The notes below the pieces were generated by a model. The model made no database searches, was not told the DNA's origin, and saw only the letters and a list, made by a program, of their open reading frames with translations. Position numbers and translations under genes: made by a program. From the human T2T-CHM13v2.0 reference genome, Homo sapiens, in the NCBI RefSeq assembly GCF_009914755.1, contig NC_060928.1: a stretch of 64,000 bases of DNA. One strand, given 5' to 3'. Position 1 is the first letter of the stretch. Every line of letters starts with the position of its first letter. Below are positions 45,762 to 59,936 of the stretch, in pieces.

Positions 45762-46589
45762 GTTAAAATTACTAATTTCTTTAAACCATATATTACTTAA
45801 GCAAAAGAAGACATTTTATTGCAGTTTTTATTCTGACTCTTTTGGATACTATTTATTGAACTCTGAACAATAATTATTATCATTAGTCAAGTGTGACTAT
45901 GTTACAGACATTGTACTAATTTTAAAAATTTTTTAATTTTAAATTTTTTTTCTGATGAGAAGACAGATGTGGAGAAGTTATATAGCTTACTGAAATTACA
46001 TACTAAATGGCAGAGTCACCTTTCAAACCCAAGGAATCTGGCTCCATAACGTATGTTTCTCCAACTGTAATTTCATATCATTAGTATTAGAATCATGTAA
46101 ATTTTTTTAGAAATTCAATTTCTTCTACTGAATCTGACTTTGGATCTGGGACTCAGGAATTATATTTTTTTATGCTCTTCCAAATATTACTTATGTACCC
46201 TTACGTGTAAGAACTATGGTACTGTGTTATACTGTCTTATAATAACCCTGTAGGTTGAGAGATTTTATTTATTTATTTTTTACAGTTTCTGAGACTCAAG
46301 CTAGGTTAAATATCTTGCCTAAGGTTACCCAAGTAGTTAATGACACAGCTTGGGTTCTAACCCAGACATTTTATTTTCAAAGCCCTTGTTCTTAACTATG
46401 ATGTTGTGTGCCTTCTAGACATTTCTTCGTAATGTCTCTGCCATTGATTATTAAGTAAAAGTAAAACTGTTCTTTTAGTGTGAACATACATTTGTAATGA
46501 GGCAGTGAATAATGTTAAAAATTTAAATGCTTAAAATTGCTTTCTTTGTGAAGGAGAAATTTAAATGAAGACCACATACAAATGTTTCT

Positions 46590-46900
<311 letters not shown>

Positions 46901-47197
46901 AAACAGACAAACCCATAAACATTTCTTAGTATGGACTCAGTTAAGCATAACACTGATATTTTAACTAGGATGAATTATACTATTATCAAATGACTTAGGC
47001 CAGCATAAACAAGTGCTTTACTATTAATAACAGACTCAACTAAACACACAGACAAACAGGTCTTCTATGAAAGACATCAAAAAATTATTCACTGAAAACA
47101 TAAAATAATGGCATAACAAGATGAAATTAAGTGTGTGAGCTTATCACTTTTTACGGCCAAATACTTGCCAAGTAATTACAAATAAAAAGAAAGCAGA

Positions 47198-47501
47198 GGC
47201 CGGGTGCAGTGGCTCACGCCTATAACCCCAAGACTTTGGGAGGCTGAGGCGGGCAGATCAGCTGAGGTCAGGAGTTTGAGACCAGCCTGACCAATATGGC
47301 GAAACCCCATCTCTACTAAAAATACAAAAGATTAGCTGGGCATGGTGGCAGGTTCCTGTAATCCCAGCTACTTGGGAGGCTGAGACAGGGAAAATCACTG
47401 GAAACCAGGAGGTGGAGGTTGCAGTGAGCTGAGATTGCACCATTGCACTCCAGCCTGAGCAACAAAGTGAGCCTCCATCTTTAAAAAAAAAAAAAAAAAA
47501 A
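47198..47501 (+). mobile_element. AluS
   Basis: Sense Alu with A-tail. Confidence 0.92.
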
Positions 47502-48451
47502 GCCAGAATATATAGTCTAAATATTAGACAAGGTGTAATTCAGTCTCAAAGCATTACAATAAGACAAAAAAAACCTTAGCAATATAGACAGTATAATTTA
47601 TACGGAAGACAGAACAGTTAAGAATGTTTATGCAGAACGTGACATAGCCACATTCACAAAGCGGAAATTATAGATGACAAGAGGAAAGGAAAACTAGAAA
47701 CACACTGCTAATAGAGACAACAATTCACCTCTTTCAGTTCATGGTAGATCAGGTGGACAAAACAGTAAACAAAGATATAGCCGTTTTAAATAACAGTAAG
47801 GTAGATTTCATTACTTTAAACTCTGCATCATAAAAATATAAAATGTACCTAGTCCTCAAGAAACTATAGAACACTAACAAAAAGCTGACTGTGTGTTAAA
47901 CGACAAAGAAAATAACAAATTCCAAAGGAAAAGTAGAAGCAATGTAGACATATTCTCTGATTATGAGGAGATAAAACTGTGAATAACAAACCAGAATACT
48001 AGGAGCTGATTTTACTGGAAAAATTCTGACTCCTGGTTCAAAGGGGAAATATAAACTGAAATTGCAGAATATTTAGAAAATAGGGATATTGAAAATATTA
48101 CATATCAGAACTTGTAGGTTATACAGTTTAAACAAAGCTGAATAGAAAAGTCAGAGCCTTAAGTGCATGTAACAATAAATGATAGAAATAAATTAGAAAT
48201 ATAAAGAAAAGAGCTTTAAAAAACAAAAAAGTCAGAATTACTTATGAAATGCTGATAAGAAAAATCACCAATGTCATATAAAATAATAGATAAGGATGCA
48301 ATCAGAAATAGAGAAAATTAAGAGGATCATAAGCTATTTTAGGTAACCACACAAATATAATTTAAAACCTGAATGAAATGGATAAATTTCTAGGAAAACA
48401 TTACTTGCAAAACTTATATATAGAAGGAGGAAAAATATAAACGTTATTTTC

Positions 48452-48755
48452 TTTTTTTTTTTTTTTTTTTTGAGACGGAGTCTTGCTCTGTCGCCCAGGC
48501 TGGAGTGCAGTGGCGCGATATCGGCTCACTGCAAGCTCCACCTTCCAGGTTCACCTTCCTGGTTCACGCCATTCTCCTGCCTCAGCCTCCCGAGTAGCTG
48601 AGACTACAGGCGCCCGCCACCACACCCAGCTAATTTTTTGTATTTTTAGTAGAAAGGAGGTTTCACCGTGTTATCCAGGATGGTCTCTATCTCCTGACCT
48701 CATGATCCGCCCGCCTTGGCCTCCCAAAGTGCTGGGATTACAGGCGTGAGCCACC
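48452..48755 (-). mobile_element. AluY, slightly 5'-truncated
   Basis: Perfect 15-bp TSD ATAAACGTTATTTTC (48437-48451, 48757-48771). Confidence 0.92.
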
Positions 48756-48954
48756 AATAAACGTTATTTTCATGAGAAAGTTACCAAGAAGGCACCTTAG
48801 CTGTTCCTCAAAGTACCATTCTGAGGTAGTTCAGAGGGTTTTTTTCTAAACCTTTAAAAAGCAGATAATTCCACTGCTATCCAAAAAGATGGAAAGCATC
48901 CAAATACTTTTATGAAACAAGTATATAATACTTAAATCTGATTTTTTAAAATTG

Positions 48955-49690
48955 CTAATCAAAGCCACAATGAGATACTATCTCACACCAATCAGAATGG
49001 CTATTATCAAAAAGTCAAAAAACAGATGCTGGTGAGGTTGTGGAGAGAAAGGAACACATATACACTATTGGTGGAAGTGTAAATTAGTTCAACCGTTGTG
49101 GAAGACAGTGTGGCAATTCCTCAAAGACCTAAGGATGGAAATACCATTTGACCCAGCAATCCCATTACTGGGTATATACCCCAAGGAATATAAATCATTC
49201 TGTTATAAAGACACTTGCACGCATATGCTCATTGCAGCACTATTCACAATAGCAAAGACATGGAATCATTCCAAATGTCCATCAATGATGGACTGGATAA
49301 AGAAAATGTGGTACATATACATCATGGAATACTATGCAGACATAAAAAAGAATGAGATCATGTCCTCTGCAGGGCCATGGATGGAGCTGGAGGCCGCTAT
49401 CGTTAGCAAATGAACATGGGAACAGAAAACCAAATCTCGCATGTTCTCTCTTATAAGTAGGAGCTAAATGATGAGAACACGTGGACACATAGAGGGGAAC
49501 AACACACAGTGAGGCCTTTCAGATGGTGGAGAGTGGGAGGAGGGAGACGATCAGGAAAAATAACTAATGAATACTAGGCTTAATACTTGGGTGATGAAAT
49601 AGTCTGTACAACAAACCCCCATGACACACATTTATCTATAGAAAAAACCTGCACATGTACCCCTGAACTTAAAAGTTTACAAAAGAAATT
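48955..49690 (+). mobile_element. 5'-truncated L1PA 3' end inside an old L1M
   Basis: ORF 49096..49413 is the ORF2 C-terminus; 3' UTR present; aaattgct flanks. Confidence 0.88.
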
Positions 49691-50344
49691 GCTGCTCCTC
49701 CTCTCCACCACACAAAATTACAGACCAAACTCACCTATATCCAAGAAAAATTGCTGTATAAAAGATCAGGGAGCAGAATTTAACAGCACATTACAATAAT
49801 ATGTTTTATACAGTAACACCAACTGGCATTTTTTTCTAGGAATACTAAGATAGTAACGTAATAGAAATAATACCAGACTAGAAACTCTTACTAATGTGTC
49901 ATATTAATTAATCTAGGGAAAATATCATATGTTTATCTCTATAAATTCTAAGAAGGTGTATAAATAATTTAGCTCTACAACTATTCTAGATTAAGATACT
50001 CAATAAAAAGGAATAGCTAGGTAGTTTTTTTACAGGATAAAGTATATCTTTATTAGTCAAAAAATATTATCATGATTGATAAAATGTCAGAGGCATTCCC
50101 ACTAACATTCAGAGCAAGACATTATTTACTGTTATTGCTGTTACTCAACATTTTACTGGAGGCATTAATACATTTGGACAAGGGAAATGAGAGAGAGAAA
50201 ATATTGGAAAGAAGGAGCTACAATTATCACTCTTTGAAGATGGTATTTATATCCAAAAATCAAGAAAATTATCAAAACCACTGCAACAAAAGTGTCATGG
50301 TGGAAAATTAATATGTAGAAATCAATAGATTTTGTACACATGAG

Positions 50345-50800
50345 TGTATGTTAGCTATTGCTGTGTATAAACTACCTCAAAACTTAGTTGTTTAAAACAA
50401 CTATTGTTACTACTTGGAAGTTCTTGAGTCAGCTGAATGGTTTTTCTGGATTTTCTTGGGCTTTCCCACACATCTGGGGTCAACTGTTGGTCAACTAAAG
50501 GTCAGGTGAGCTGATCTTAGCCTGTGTTCACTTACCCTCTAATAGGCTAGTCCTAGCAGGGTCACATGGGAGAGGCAGCAGTGCCAAGAAAATAAGAACA
50601 CAAGGTATCTCCAGGCCTAGATTCAGAATTATCACACTGTCTATTGTGTTTGCTAAAACAAATCACAAGGCTACTAAAATTCAAGGGAAGGGAAAATCAG
50701 CCATGCCTGTTGATGTGAGGATCTGAAAAGTCACATTGCAAATAACTGGAAACTAGGAGGAATGAAGGATTTTGACTGTTTTTGTTATCTATCCTAAGAA
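50345..50800 (-). mobile_element. MLT1-type MaLR LTR
   Basis: agctattgctgtgtataaactacctcaaaacttagt resembles an MLT1 end. Confidence 0.65.
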
Positions 50801-51404
50801 CAACTAATGAGAAGATACAATAAAGGGGAAAAGTTACAGTAGCAAAAATGTTCATGATCTAGGGACCCACTTTCATTAGAAACCCAAATTACACATCTAC
50901 ATGCACATAATATACACATACAGGAAGGCTTGTGACATAGGTTATGTGTATATGTTACACTTTTATTGAGCCAAAACTTCTTGCAGTGAAACACAAAATA
51001 GATTATACAATTTCATTAATTTTGATATATTTGTATACCTATGTAACCATCATTCTAGTCAAAATGCAGAAAGTATTTCCATACCCATTTCCAGTGAATC
51101 CCGCATAGAACTGCTGTTTAATTTGTATCATCATAGGTTAATTTTGCTTCATACAATAGAAATGTTCCAAGGTCAATCTTCTACATTAATTTTTGATGCA
51201 ATACTAAATAATTTAAAATGTAATTTAAGAAATTTACTTCAGAAAGTAAATATTAAGAATGCCTCTTATGTAAAAAAAAAATTACTATGTATATTGCAAA
51301 TAATCAAGAAATATTTTGTAGATCCATATTGATTTTAATCTATACAATTGCCAACATAAATTACTGAAAAAGAAATTTAAAAAATTTTATTTCTCTCTGC
51401 TTAG

Positions 51405-51534
51405 TTCCCCATTTAAAAGTGGTATGTCAATGGCAAGTCGGCTTTGTAAGGCTGCAATGTTAAGTCGGTTTAACCTGCTTGCCAAAGAAGCTAAAAAAGA
51501 ATTACTTGAAGCTGGTACATATCATGCAGCTAAG
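51405..51534 (+). CDS. ADAD1: ADAD1 coding exon 10
   Basis: Acceptor ctctgcttag|T; [22 protein letters not shown]...TYHAAK; donor AAG|gtaagt; 130 nt. Confidence 0.94.
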
Positions 51535-52265
51535 GTAAGTCCTTAAAGGAATAAAGTTATCATAGGAATAAAATTTAAGACATTAATGTGGTCATTTTAA
51601 AATGGTTATCCTTAGCAAAAGTTTGTTGAATACTTCCTGAATATAAGATATTACCAGGTAATGGTAAAATTGGTTTTTAAATGAACATGTCAGAAATTAG
51701 ATATGTAAATAAGTATTGCCATTTAAAGTAGCCATTTTAGTATGGTATATACTTATTTTGACAGTGTAGGTTACATAGCACTTAAAACCTGCTATGTCAT
51801 ACCAGAGAAACAAAATGTTAATAAAATTTATTCTGTATATGGTATTAATTGTACTAACTATAGAATGTTAAGTATTCTAAAAGAATATATTATTTAAGAT
51901 ATATGAATTTTTCTATTTTAAAGTTGTGAGAAAAACTTTAATTTCAGCATCTTGATTTGAACCTGATTTAGTAGGTAAGGTACATAGCCTTTTTTTCTCT
52001 CTTCCAAAATATATTTTACATAAACATAATGTAAGTTTAAGTCAAAAATTTGAAGAAGTTTTAAAAATACAGAAAAAATATTATTAATACTTGTAATTCC
52101 ACTTACTATTCAAAGTTAATACTCAGTCTTTTAATGTGAGCATGTTATTTCAGTTCCTTCTCATATATACGTATTTGTGTATGTATCTGTTTAAAAATAA
52201 GGCCATATTGGGTATGGTATGTTTTAATCTACTTTTTCTTTCTATGTGATATGACATGAACATCC

Positions 52266-52567
52266 TTTTTTTTTTTTTTTTTTTTTGAGATGGAGTCTCA
52301 CTCTGTTGTCCAGGCTAGAGTGCAATGGCACGATCTCAGCTCACTGCAACTTCTGCCTCCTGGGTTCAAGCAATTCTCCTGCCTCAGCCTCCTGAGTAGC
52401 TGAGATTATAGGTGCACACCACCATGCTGGGCTAATTTTTGTACTTTCAGTAGAGACGGGGTTTCGCCATGTTGGCCGGGCTGGTCTTGAACTCCTCACG
52501 TCAGGTGATCCACCCGCCTCAGCCTCCCAGAGTTCTGGGATTACAGGCTTGAGCCACCGTGCCTGGC
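52266..52567 (-). mobile_element. AluS
   Basis: TSD TGACATGAACAT (52252-52263, 52568-52579). Confidence 0.92.
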
Positions 52568-52944
52568 TGACATGAACATACTTCCATGTTACCATTATTA
52601 AATATTAAATGTAAATTGTTTTGCTATCCTAATGCCAATAATGATACAGCATTATATGAAAGTCTTTTAATTTTACCAATTTTACCAACTTAATGCTCAA
52701 CCTGTATAATTACAGCCTGTAAAGCCGTTACATTAATTACAGGTGTATGTATACATAATCACATATTTTTAAGTATAAAAGCTTTTCTAGACTATTTCTA
52801 GTTTTGTGGCATAAAGAAGTTGTAAATCACTATAAAAACAAGTAGAAAACCAGACAAAATTGTCAAAACTTCCTTCCATAACTCTGGACATTGACAAAAG
52901 GCAGAAAAAACATTAAAAAGTGTGTATTCCTCACAAACTCTTAT

Positions 52945-53141
52945 TATTAGCTGGACATGGTGGCCCACAGCTCTAGTTCTGGCTACTTGGGAGGCTGAGG
53001 TGGGAGGATCACTTGAGCCCAGGAGTTCAAGGCTGCTGTGAGCTATAATCACACCACTGCACTTCAGCCTGGGGGACAGAGCAAGACCCTATTTCTCTTT
53101 AAAAAAAAAAAAAAAAAAAAAAAGAAGAAGAAGAAGAAGAA
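52945..53141 (+). mobile_element. Alu monomer with A-tail decaying into (GAA)n
   Basis: Right-arm-like Alu followed by a long A run then (gaa)n. Confidence 0.85.
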
Positions 53142-55663
53142 GGAAAAACTGCTATTACTTTGAGCAAGAATTACAGGAGTACATGGCCTTGCCCAAGGCT
53201 TTTCTCATTCATTTTCTCATTCTCATTTTCTTCCTCTCTGCTGGTTTCAATGCCAAGAACTGTAGTTTTTTGACCCAGTGAGGCTACCACCAAAAGCAGC
53301 AGCTTTGCTTTCAGAGGAGGTATACTTGATTTGGGACAGGGGAATGAAAGTTTGCAGTTTTGTTGGCTTAAATGCCAAACTTGGTAGGAAATTAATGGGG
53401 AAAACTGGTAACTTTGCTGGCCCAAGGTTGCCATCCTGGTTGGAGGCAAGTGGTAGGCCAACTAGCAAGTTAACAAGGAGATTTGGAAAATGAGAGAGCC
53501 CTGAAAGGGCTGAGGTAAATTCTTCATATTTTCCTGGCTGACTGAAAAACTACACTCATGTGCAGGGAATACCCAAGAGAGCCCATCAAGGATACAAGCC
53601 AAGGGATACTTGAGAGCTGACTGTAACATTCAGTACATTCTCTTTCACATACAAGTTGATCAGAAGATGGTAGAAGTTTTACAAAGGCTTAATGTGTTGA
53701 TTTCTTATTAGCAACAGTGGAGGCCATCCCAAAATAGCCAAAAAAATTTGAAAAAGAAAAAAAGTTGAAAAATACATAGTTCTTAATTTCAAAACTTTCT
53801 ATAAAACTACAGTAATCAAGACAGTGTGGTACTGGCATATAGACAGTGGAATATAATTGAGAGCCCAGATACAATAAGATATTATGTCAAGTGAAAGAAT
53901 GCATAGGCCCCATATCATATGGTTTGATTTATATGAAATGTCTATTATAGGCAAATGCATAGAGACAGAAAATAGTGGTTTTCAGGTGCTAGAGGAGGAA
54001 GAATTAGGAGTGACTGCTAATAGATACAAAGTTCTTTCTGGGATGATGGATAAGATCTAAAATTAATGGTGATGGCTGCACAAATTATTGAATATACTGA
54101 AAGCTGAATTGTACACTTTAAAGGGTAAATTTTGTGACTCGTGAATTATATCTTAACAAAGCTGTCATAAAAGAGACAGTGGAGGCCCAAAGGGCAGTAT
54201 AATGGCAGGTTCAAGGTGCTGAAGGAAAAATCCTGGCAACCAAGGATTCTATGTCCAGGAAAATAATCCTTCAGAAATAAAAGCAAAATAAGAACATTCA
54301 CAGGTTAAACTAACGTTAAGAAAATGTGTTGTTAGCAGTACTTCCCTAAATGGAATTCCAAAGAAAGTACTTGAGGCTTGGAAAAAATTATACCAGATGA
54401 TAGCAAATCCACAGGAAGGAATAATAAATACTGAAAATGATAATTATGTGGATAAACATGAGACCTATGAGTATGTGTGCGTGCATGTCTATATATTTGC
54501 TCTTATTTTCTTTCTAAAAAGTTGTTTAAAACAACACTGTGTTGTTGAGTTTATGACTTAGATGCAGTATATATGACAATATAACAAAGGATTTGGTAAG
54601 AAATCGCTCTATATTGAAATAAAGTTGCTGTTTTACCATAAGCCAGTATGAATCTGAAATCAAATATGTAAGGTAAAGAGGTATATTGTAATTCCTAATG
54701 TAACCATGAAGAAAATAAATGAAAAACTATTGATAAAATACCAACAGAAGGATTAAAATAGTTCAGTAAAACATTTTTCTTAAACTATACGACAGTAAGG
54801 AAAAAGAAGAGAAATTGTAAAAAGACATAAGATGTGAGAAATACATAGTAAAATGGCAGATATAAATTCACCATATCAATAATTACAATAAAGTAGACTA
54901 ACTGCTCCAGTCAAATGACAGATTGTCAGATTGGGTTAAAAAAAAGCCTGATTCAAATATATGCTGTCTGCAACAAACACATTTTAAATTCAGTCTCAAA
55001 TAAATTGCAAGTTATAAGGATGAAAAAAGACCTATCATGTAAATGATAACAAGACAGCTGGAATGTTTATATTAATATTAAATATACATGAAGAGGAGAA
55101 ATATTGCTAGAGACAGAGCAACATCTTACAGTGGTAAAAAGGTCAATACATCAGAAAGATATGTGTATGTGGGTGTAACAACAAAGCCGTAAAATACACA
55201 AGCAAAATCTGATGGAATTGTAAAGTAAAATAGACAATTCAGCAACTGTAGTTGGTTTTAATTCTCCTTTGTCAGTAATTGATAGAACAACTCCACAGAA
55301 AATCAGTAAAAATATAGGATATTTGAACACTACCAACCAATCAAAACTCACTGACCTGTAGAAAACACTCTACACAACAGCAGAATATATGTTCTTTTCA
55401 AGCCCACATGGAGCATTCTTCAGCATAGGTCATAAAACAAGTCTCAGTAATCTTAAAAGGATTAAAATCATGCCAAGTTGTTCTAACCACTGTGGAATTA
55501 AATTAGAAATCAAGAACAGAATGAAATATGAGAAATTGCTATATATTTGGAAGTTAACTTGCCTCTGAATAACTCATGGTTCAAGGAAGAAATTATTAGG
55601 AAAACTAAGAAATATCTTGAACTAAGTGAAAGTGAAATGTGATATATTAAAATTTATGGAATA

Positions 55664-55993
55664 CAGGTGGCCATTTGTATCCATAAGTTATGCATCCTCA
55701 GATTCAACCAACTATGGATCGAAAATATTTGGGGGAAGAAAAGGAAAAGTAAAAAAAAAAATACAAAAATAAAAATAATACAAATAAAATACAGTATAAC
55801 AACTATTTACATTGAATTTATATTGTATTAGGTATTATAAATAATCTAGGGATGATTTAAAGTATATGAGAGAATGTACCTAGGTTATATGCAAATACCA
55901 TGCCATTTTATATAAGGGACTTGAGCATCTGCAGATTTCGGTATTTCTAGGGGGTCCTCGAACCAATTCCCCATGGATACCAAGGAATGACTA
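55664..55993. mobile_element. MER2 (Tigger family) DNA transposon fossil
   Basis: gattcaaccaac...gggggtcctcgaaccaattccccatggatacc motifs with TA flanks. Confidence 0.8.
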
Positions 55994-57582
55994 TATAAAT
56001 AAGTACTTAGAAATGTATAGCTTTAAATGCTTGTGTTAGAAAAGAATCTTAAAAATCAGTTATTGGAGCTTCCAGTTCAAGAAGCCAGAAGAAGAAGAGC
56101 AAATCAGAATCAAAGTAAGTGGAAGGAAGGAAATAATGAAATGTAATGAATCAGAATAGAAATCAGTGAAATTGAAAATAGAAAAAAATAGTAGGAAAAA
56201 ATCTAAATTTGGTTCATTAAAAAGTTAAACTCGGTAATCCTTTAGCTAGATTAACCAAGAAAAAAATAACAGATAACACAAATTATCAAAATCTGGAATT
56301 TTAAAAAAGGTGGTTATCACTACAGACCTTAAGAAGCTTAAAATTATTATAAGGGATTATGAACAACTGTTTGTCAGCAGACACATTAGATGAAATGGAC
56401 ATGTTCCTAGAAAGACACAAATCATAAAAACTGACTTAACAATAGAATATCCAAATAGAACTTAAGAAATCAAATTACTAATTAAATTATTTTCCTAAAG
56501 AAAATCTCAGACACATATATGACTTCACTGGTGAATTCTGTCAAACATATAAGCAAACTATAAGACAAATCCTACAAAAGCTCTTTCAGAAAATGGAGGA
56601 GAAAACACTTCTCTACTCATTTTACAAGTCCAGTGTTACCCTGGTACCAAAAGTGGGCAAGAAAACCTTACAAGAAATGAAAACTACAAACCAATCTCTC
56701 TCATAAAAATAAATGTGAAAATCCTTAGCAAGATATTGACAAACCAAATTCAGCAACATACAAAAAGGATTATACTCCACAACCAAGGTGGTTTATACCA
56801 GGAATGCAAGGTTGATTTGAGATCAGAAAATTATTTTATGTAACACACCATATGAATAAATTCAAGTTTAAAATTTGTATAATTATCTCAAAAGACATAC
56901 AAAATGCGTTTGACAAAGTCCAGCACCCATTCACAATAAAAACACTGAACAAACAAGGAATAGAAGTGAACTTCCTCACCTTCATAAAGGGCATCAATGA
57001 AGAGCCTACCATTGACATTCTGCTTAATGGTGAAAAGACTGAATAACTCCTTTCCCTACTCAAGATTGGGGAAGAAGGCGAGAATGTGTGCTCTCAGCAC
57101 TTGTATTCAACACTGTTCTCTAGGTCCTAGCCAGTGCAGCACGGAAAGAAAAAGAGATTAAAAGGTACCTATACTGTAAAGGATGAAGAAATATTCCTAA
57201 ATTGTATCATCTTGTAGGTAAAATATACTTTGGCAACTACCAAAAACAAACAACTGGATCATATATGACTTTAGCAAGGTCACAAGATATAAGAGCAATA
57301 TAGAAAAATAAATTGTTTATATACTAGGAATGAATGCTCAAAAAATTGAGAAAACAGCTTCATCCACAATAGCACCAAACGTGTACATTTGTGTGTGTGT
57401 GTGTTCGTGTGTAAACACAGAGGAATAAATTTAACAAAAGAAATGGAAGACCTGTACACTGGAAATGATGAAACATAGATGAGAGAAATTGAAGGAGACC
57501 TAAGTAAATGGAGAGATGTACCATCATCATGCATTGGAAAACAGTATTGTTAGGTGTCACTTCTCTCCAAATTAATTTATAG

Positions 57583-57987
<405 letters not shown>

Positions 57988-59301
57988 TAAGAACCAAAAG
58001 AATTTTGAAAAAGAAGAAAGTTGGAAAACTTACCTACTTTCAAAACTTACAATAAGGCTATAGTAATTAAGACAATGTATTGATGTAATAATAGAAATAT
58101 AGATCAGTGGAACAGAAATAAACCTATACACATATGATCAATTGCTTTTGTACAAAAGTGCCAATTCTATGGGAGAATCATTTTTTCAACAAATAGTGCT
58201 GAAATGGTGGGATATGTGTGGGTAAAACAATTAACTTAGATCTTTATGTCAGTCATACACAAAAATTAACTCAAAGTGGACTTTAGATCTAACTGTAAGA
58301 GCTAAAACTATAAAACTTTCAAATAAAATATGAGAAAATATTTACATTATTAAATATAAATTAGAAAATATTTACATTATTAGGCAAATTTCTTAGATGT
58401 GATACCAAAAGTATAACCCAAAAAGAAATTGATCATTTGACTCCAAAATAAAATGCTTGCTTTTCAAAATTCATCATTAAGAAAATGAAAATACAAACTA
58501 CAGACTATGAGAAAATGCCACTTTGGAAAACAGTTTGGCATTTTCTTAAGATGGTAAATGTGTGATCAGCAATTCCACCGGTATTTACATGCATGTTTAT
58601 AATAGCATTATTCAGAAAAGCCAAAAACTGGAAGCAATTCAAATGTTAATCAGCTGGTGAATACATAAACAAAATGTGTTATACCCCTACAATGGAATAT
58701 TATACCCCTGCAATGGAATATTAATCAGCAATAAAAAGGAACAAGCTACTGATACATGAAACAACGTAAATGAACTGAAAGAAGCCTGACATAACAGGAT
58801 CCTTATTGTGTTAGTTAATTTATATGAATTTTTTAGAAAAAGCAAAACTCTAGAGACAGCAAGTAGATTCATGGTTGTCTGGGTTTAGGGCTGGTACTGG
58901 CACCAGGACTGCAGGTGAGTACAGTGGAACTTTTTAGAGGTGAGGGATTTGTTTCACAACTGGACTATGCTGATATTTACATGCCTCTATGAATTCATTA
59001 AAAAACACCAAACAATGCACTTAACAATGGATGAATTTCATGGTATGTAAATTGTATCTCAATAAAACCAGCTTGTTAAAAGTTCATTTATATTTTCATT
59101 TATAAAAAATGAAAATTCGCCAAAATATTAATGGTGGCTATCTACCACCATTAGTTTTATCTGCCACCATCGAGTTTTGTGATTACCGATAATTTTTATT
59201 TCCTTCTTTATATTTTGTCTGTTTTTCAAATTTTCTGCAATTAGTATGATTAATCTTTTAATTTAAAATGTTAAAAAAAAAAAAGAACAAGAAGAAAAAC
59301 T

Positions 59302-59583
59302 GGCCAGGTGTGGTGGCTCATGCCTGGCCAGAGCTTTGGGAGGCCAAGGTGGGAGGACCACTTGAGGCCAGGAGTTCAAGACCACCCTAGGCAACATGCA
59401 AGACCTTGCCTCTGCAAAAAATAAAAAAAAAATAGCAGGGCATGGTGGTGCATGCCTGTAGTCCTAGCAACTCAGGAGGCTGAGGCTGGAAGATGGCTTG
59501 AGCCCAGGAATTCAGTGATCATGCCACCATACTCCAACCTGCATGACAGAACAAGACCTTGGCTCTTAGGAAAAAAAAAAAAA
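59302..59583 (+). mobile_element. AluJ
   Basis: Diverged sense Alu ~190 nt upstream of the last exon. Confidence 0.88.
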
Positions 59584-59771
59584 GGAGAATAATTGCTCTT
59601 TAGGAGTGTTGGGAAGGAAATTTTTTAGCTTCAAAAATATTAAAATATAGGAATTAAAAAAGACTTTGATTAACTTTTTTAAATTTCAAGCTAAAGAAAC
59701 AGTATTGGGGCTACTTTTCAGCAATCAAATGCTGCCTATTTTCTATAATTCATTTTTTCTTTCTTCTCTAG

Positions 59772-59885
59772 TGTATGTCTGCCTCCTATCAAGAAGCTAA
59801 ATGTAAGTTGAAATCCTACTTACAACAACATGGCTATGGATCCTGGATTGTGAAATCTCCCTGCATAGAGCAATTTAACATGTGA
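59772..59885 (+). CDS. ADAD1: ADAD1 last coding exon
   Basis: Acceptor ttcttctctag|TGT; [10 protein letters not shown]...[20 protein letters not shown] (ADAR-like C-terminal GxWxxK); 114 nt; completes 1731 nt. Confidence 0.95.
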
Positions 59886-59905
59886 AATAGGCAATCCATT
59901 ATCAC

Positions 59906-59936
59906 ATTAAAAATCTTGTTTTGTTTGGTGTGTTTT
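59906..59936 (+). terminator. Polyadenylation signal ATTAAA with downstream GU/U-rich element
   Basis: ATTAAA at 59906-59911 followed by ttgttttgtttggtgtgtttt. Confidence 0.7.

Noticed and set aside
53171-53493. Overlapping ORFs in the last intron
   Set aside because: They lie within the decayed 5' region of an old L1M; no coding signature.
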